Shown here: piece by piece, positions 31,623 through 32,000 of the stretch | Layout of the letters: each line of letters starts with the position of its first letter | Numbering within the stretch: the stretch's first letter is position 1 | DNA from: Candidatus Nanoarchaeia archaeon | GTDB taxonomy: Archaea > Nanobdellota > Nanobdellia > Woesearchaeales > JANQNC01 | Direction: 5' to 3' | Length of the DNA stretch: 32,000 bases | Assembly (NCBI GenBank): GCA_028279745.1 | Contig: JANQNC010000001.1 | Coordinates: forward strand, 150,001-182,000 | The notes under the pieces: model-generated | What the model was told of the DNA's origin: nothing | What the model saw: the letters and a program-made list of their open reading frames with translations, nothing else | Databases searched by the model: none | Translations under genes and position numbers: made by a program

Positions 31623-32000
31623 TTATTCAGAAATTTTTGCGACAGTTGTTGAATATTTTGGTTTGAAGACTCTTGCAAAGATTGGTGCCAACTTTTCAGG
31701 TATTAAGGAAGGGTCAGCTATTGCAAATTCTCCAAGGTAAGGAAAGACTTCTCTCTCTAAGAAGTGATTAGCATCATATTTGCTTGCAATCTCAGTAAAT
31801 AAAAATTCTTCAAAACCTATTGAGTTTGAAGGATTATCACAACATTTACCCAGCATTCTTTTTTCATTTTCACCGATTGAATCACTGTTGTATAACTCAT
31901 ATTTTTCTTTTGCATAGCTAAGCAAAGTATTTTTTTCATCTTTAGTTAAGAACTTGTGCCAAATGTCATGGAGGTTTTCGTGGTTTAAAGTTCTAATTGC
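31623..32000 (-). CDS. Hypothetical protein (5' end outside window)
   Basis: The frame stays open for a further 25 codons from the track TTG start (31925) to the window edge, with no ATG. The gene is therefore probably partial. Confidence 0.45.
   Translation of the reverse strand, partial: AIRTLNHENLHDIWHKFLTKDEKNTLLSYAKEKYELYNSDSIGENEKRMLGKCCDNPSNSIGFEEFLFTEIASKYDANHFLEREVFPYLGEFAIADPSLIPEKLAPIFARVFKPKYSTTVAKISE

Noticed and set aside
1-32000. Looked for an integrase, transposase, terminal inverted repeats or prophage boundaries that would define the ORFan-rich region as a mobile element
   Set aside because: I recognised no recombinase motifs or long terminal repeats. Only the short repeats reported above (15155/15271 and 24106/24210) were seen, so no mobile element is called.

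Overview
This is an AT-rich, very gene-dense archaeal window. The archaeal hallmarks are an aCPSF1-type beta-CASP RNase, a 20S proteasome beta subunit, pilins with class III signal peptides, and TATA-box promoters combined with strong GAGGTGA-type Shine-Dalgarno sites. The many small ORFans and surface proteins suggest a reduced, DPANN-like genome, but that is inference only.

Layout:
(1) 3-10791 is one co-directional type IV pilus operon. It holds a huge N-glycosylated surface protein, five pilin-like proteins, two small paralogous membrane proteins, a FlaI/PilB-type ATPase, and a platform protein split into two T2SSF genes.
(2) 10788-18604 is an ORFan-rich accessory stretch. It holds three small minus-strand genes; a Sec11/S26-type signal peptidase translationally coupled to three tandem paralogs of unknown function; an NTase-helical-domain protein; a GC-rich roughly 100-nt island flanked by perfect 12-nt direct repeats; a five-gene ORFan operon; an M42-like peptidase; and a zinc-ribbon protein.
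(3) 18703-23989 holds a SET-domain methyltransferase and a minus-strand block. The block contains a 478-aa unknown protein, an acidic coiled-coil protein, a metal-dependent TIM-barrel protein with a very large insertion, and YhbY.
(4) 24106-32000 holds a tRNA-Ile(GAU) candidate that folds only if two mutually complementary insertions are skipped, plus an upstream partial copy of that tRNA. It also holds a stand-alone NFACT-R protein, two anchored surface proteins, aCPSF1, psmB, an RlmN/Cfr-like radical SAM enzyme and a partial ORF.

I found no CRISPR array, rRNA, transposase or integrase. All functional calls rest on motif recognition by eye; no database search was possible.
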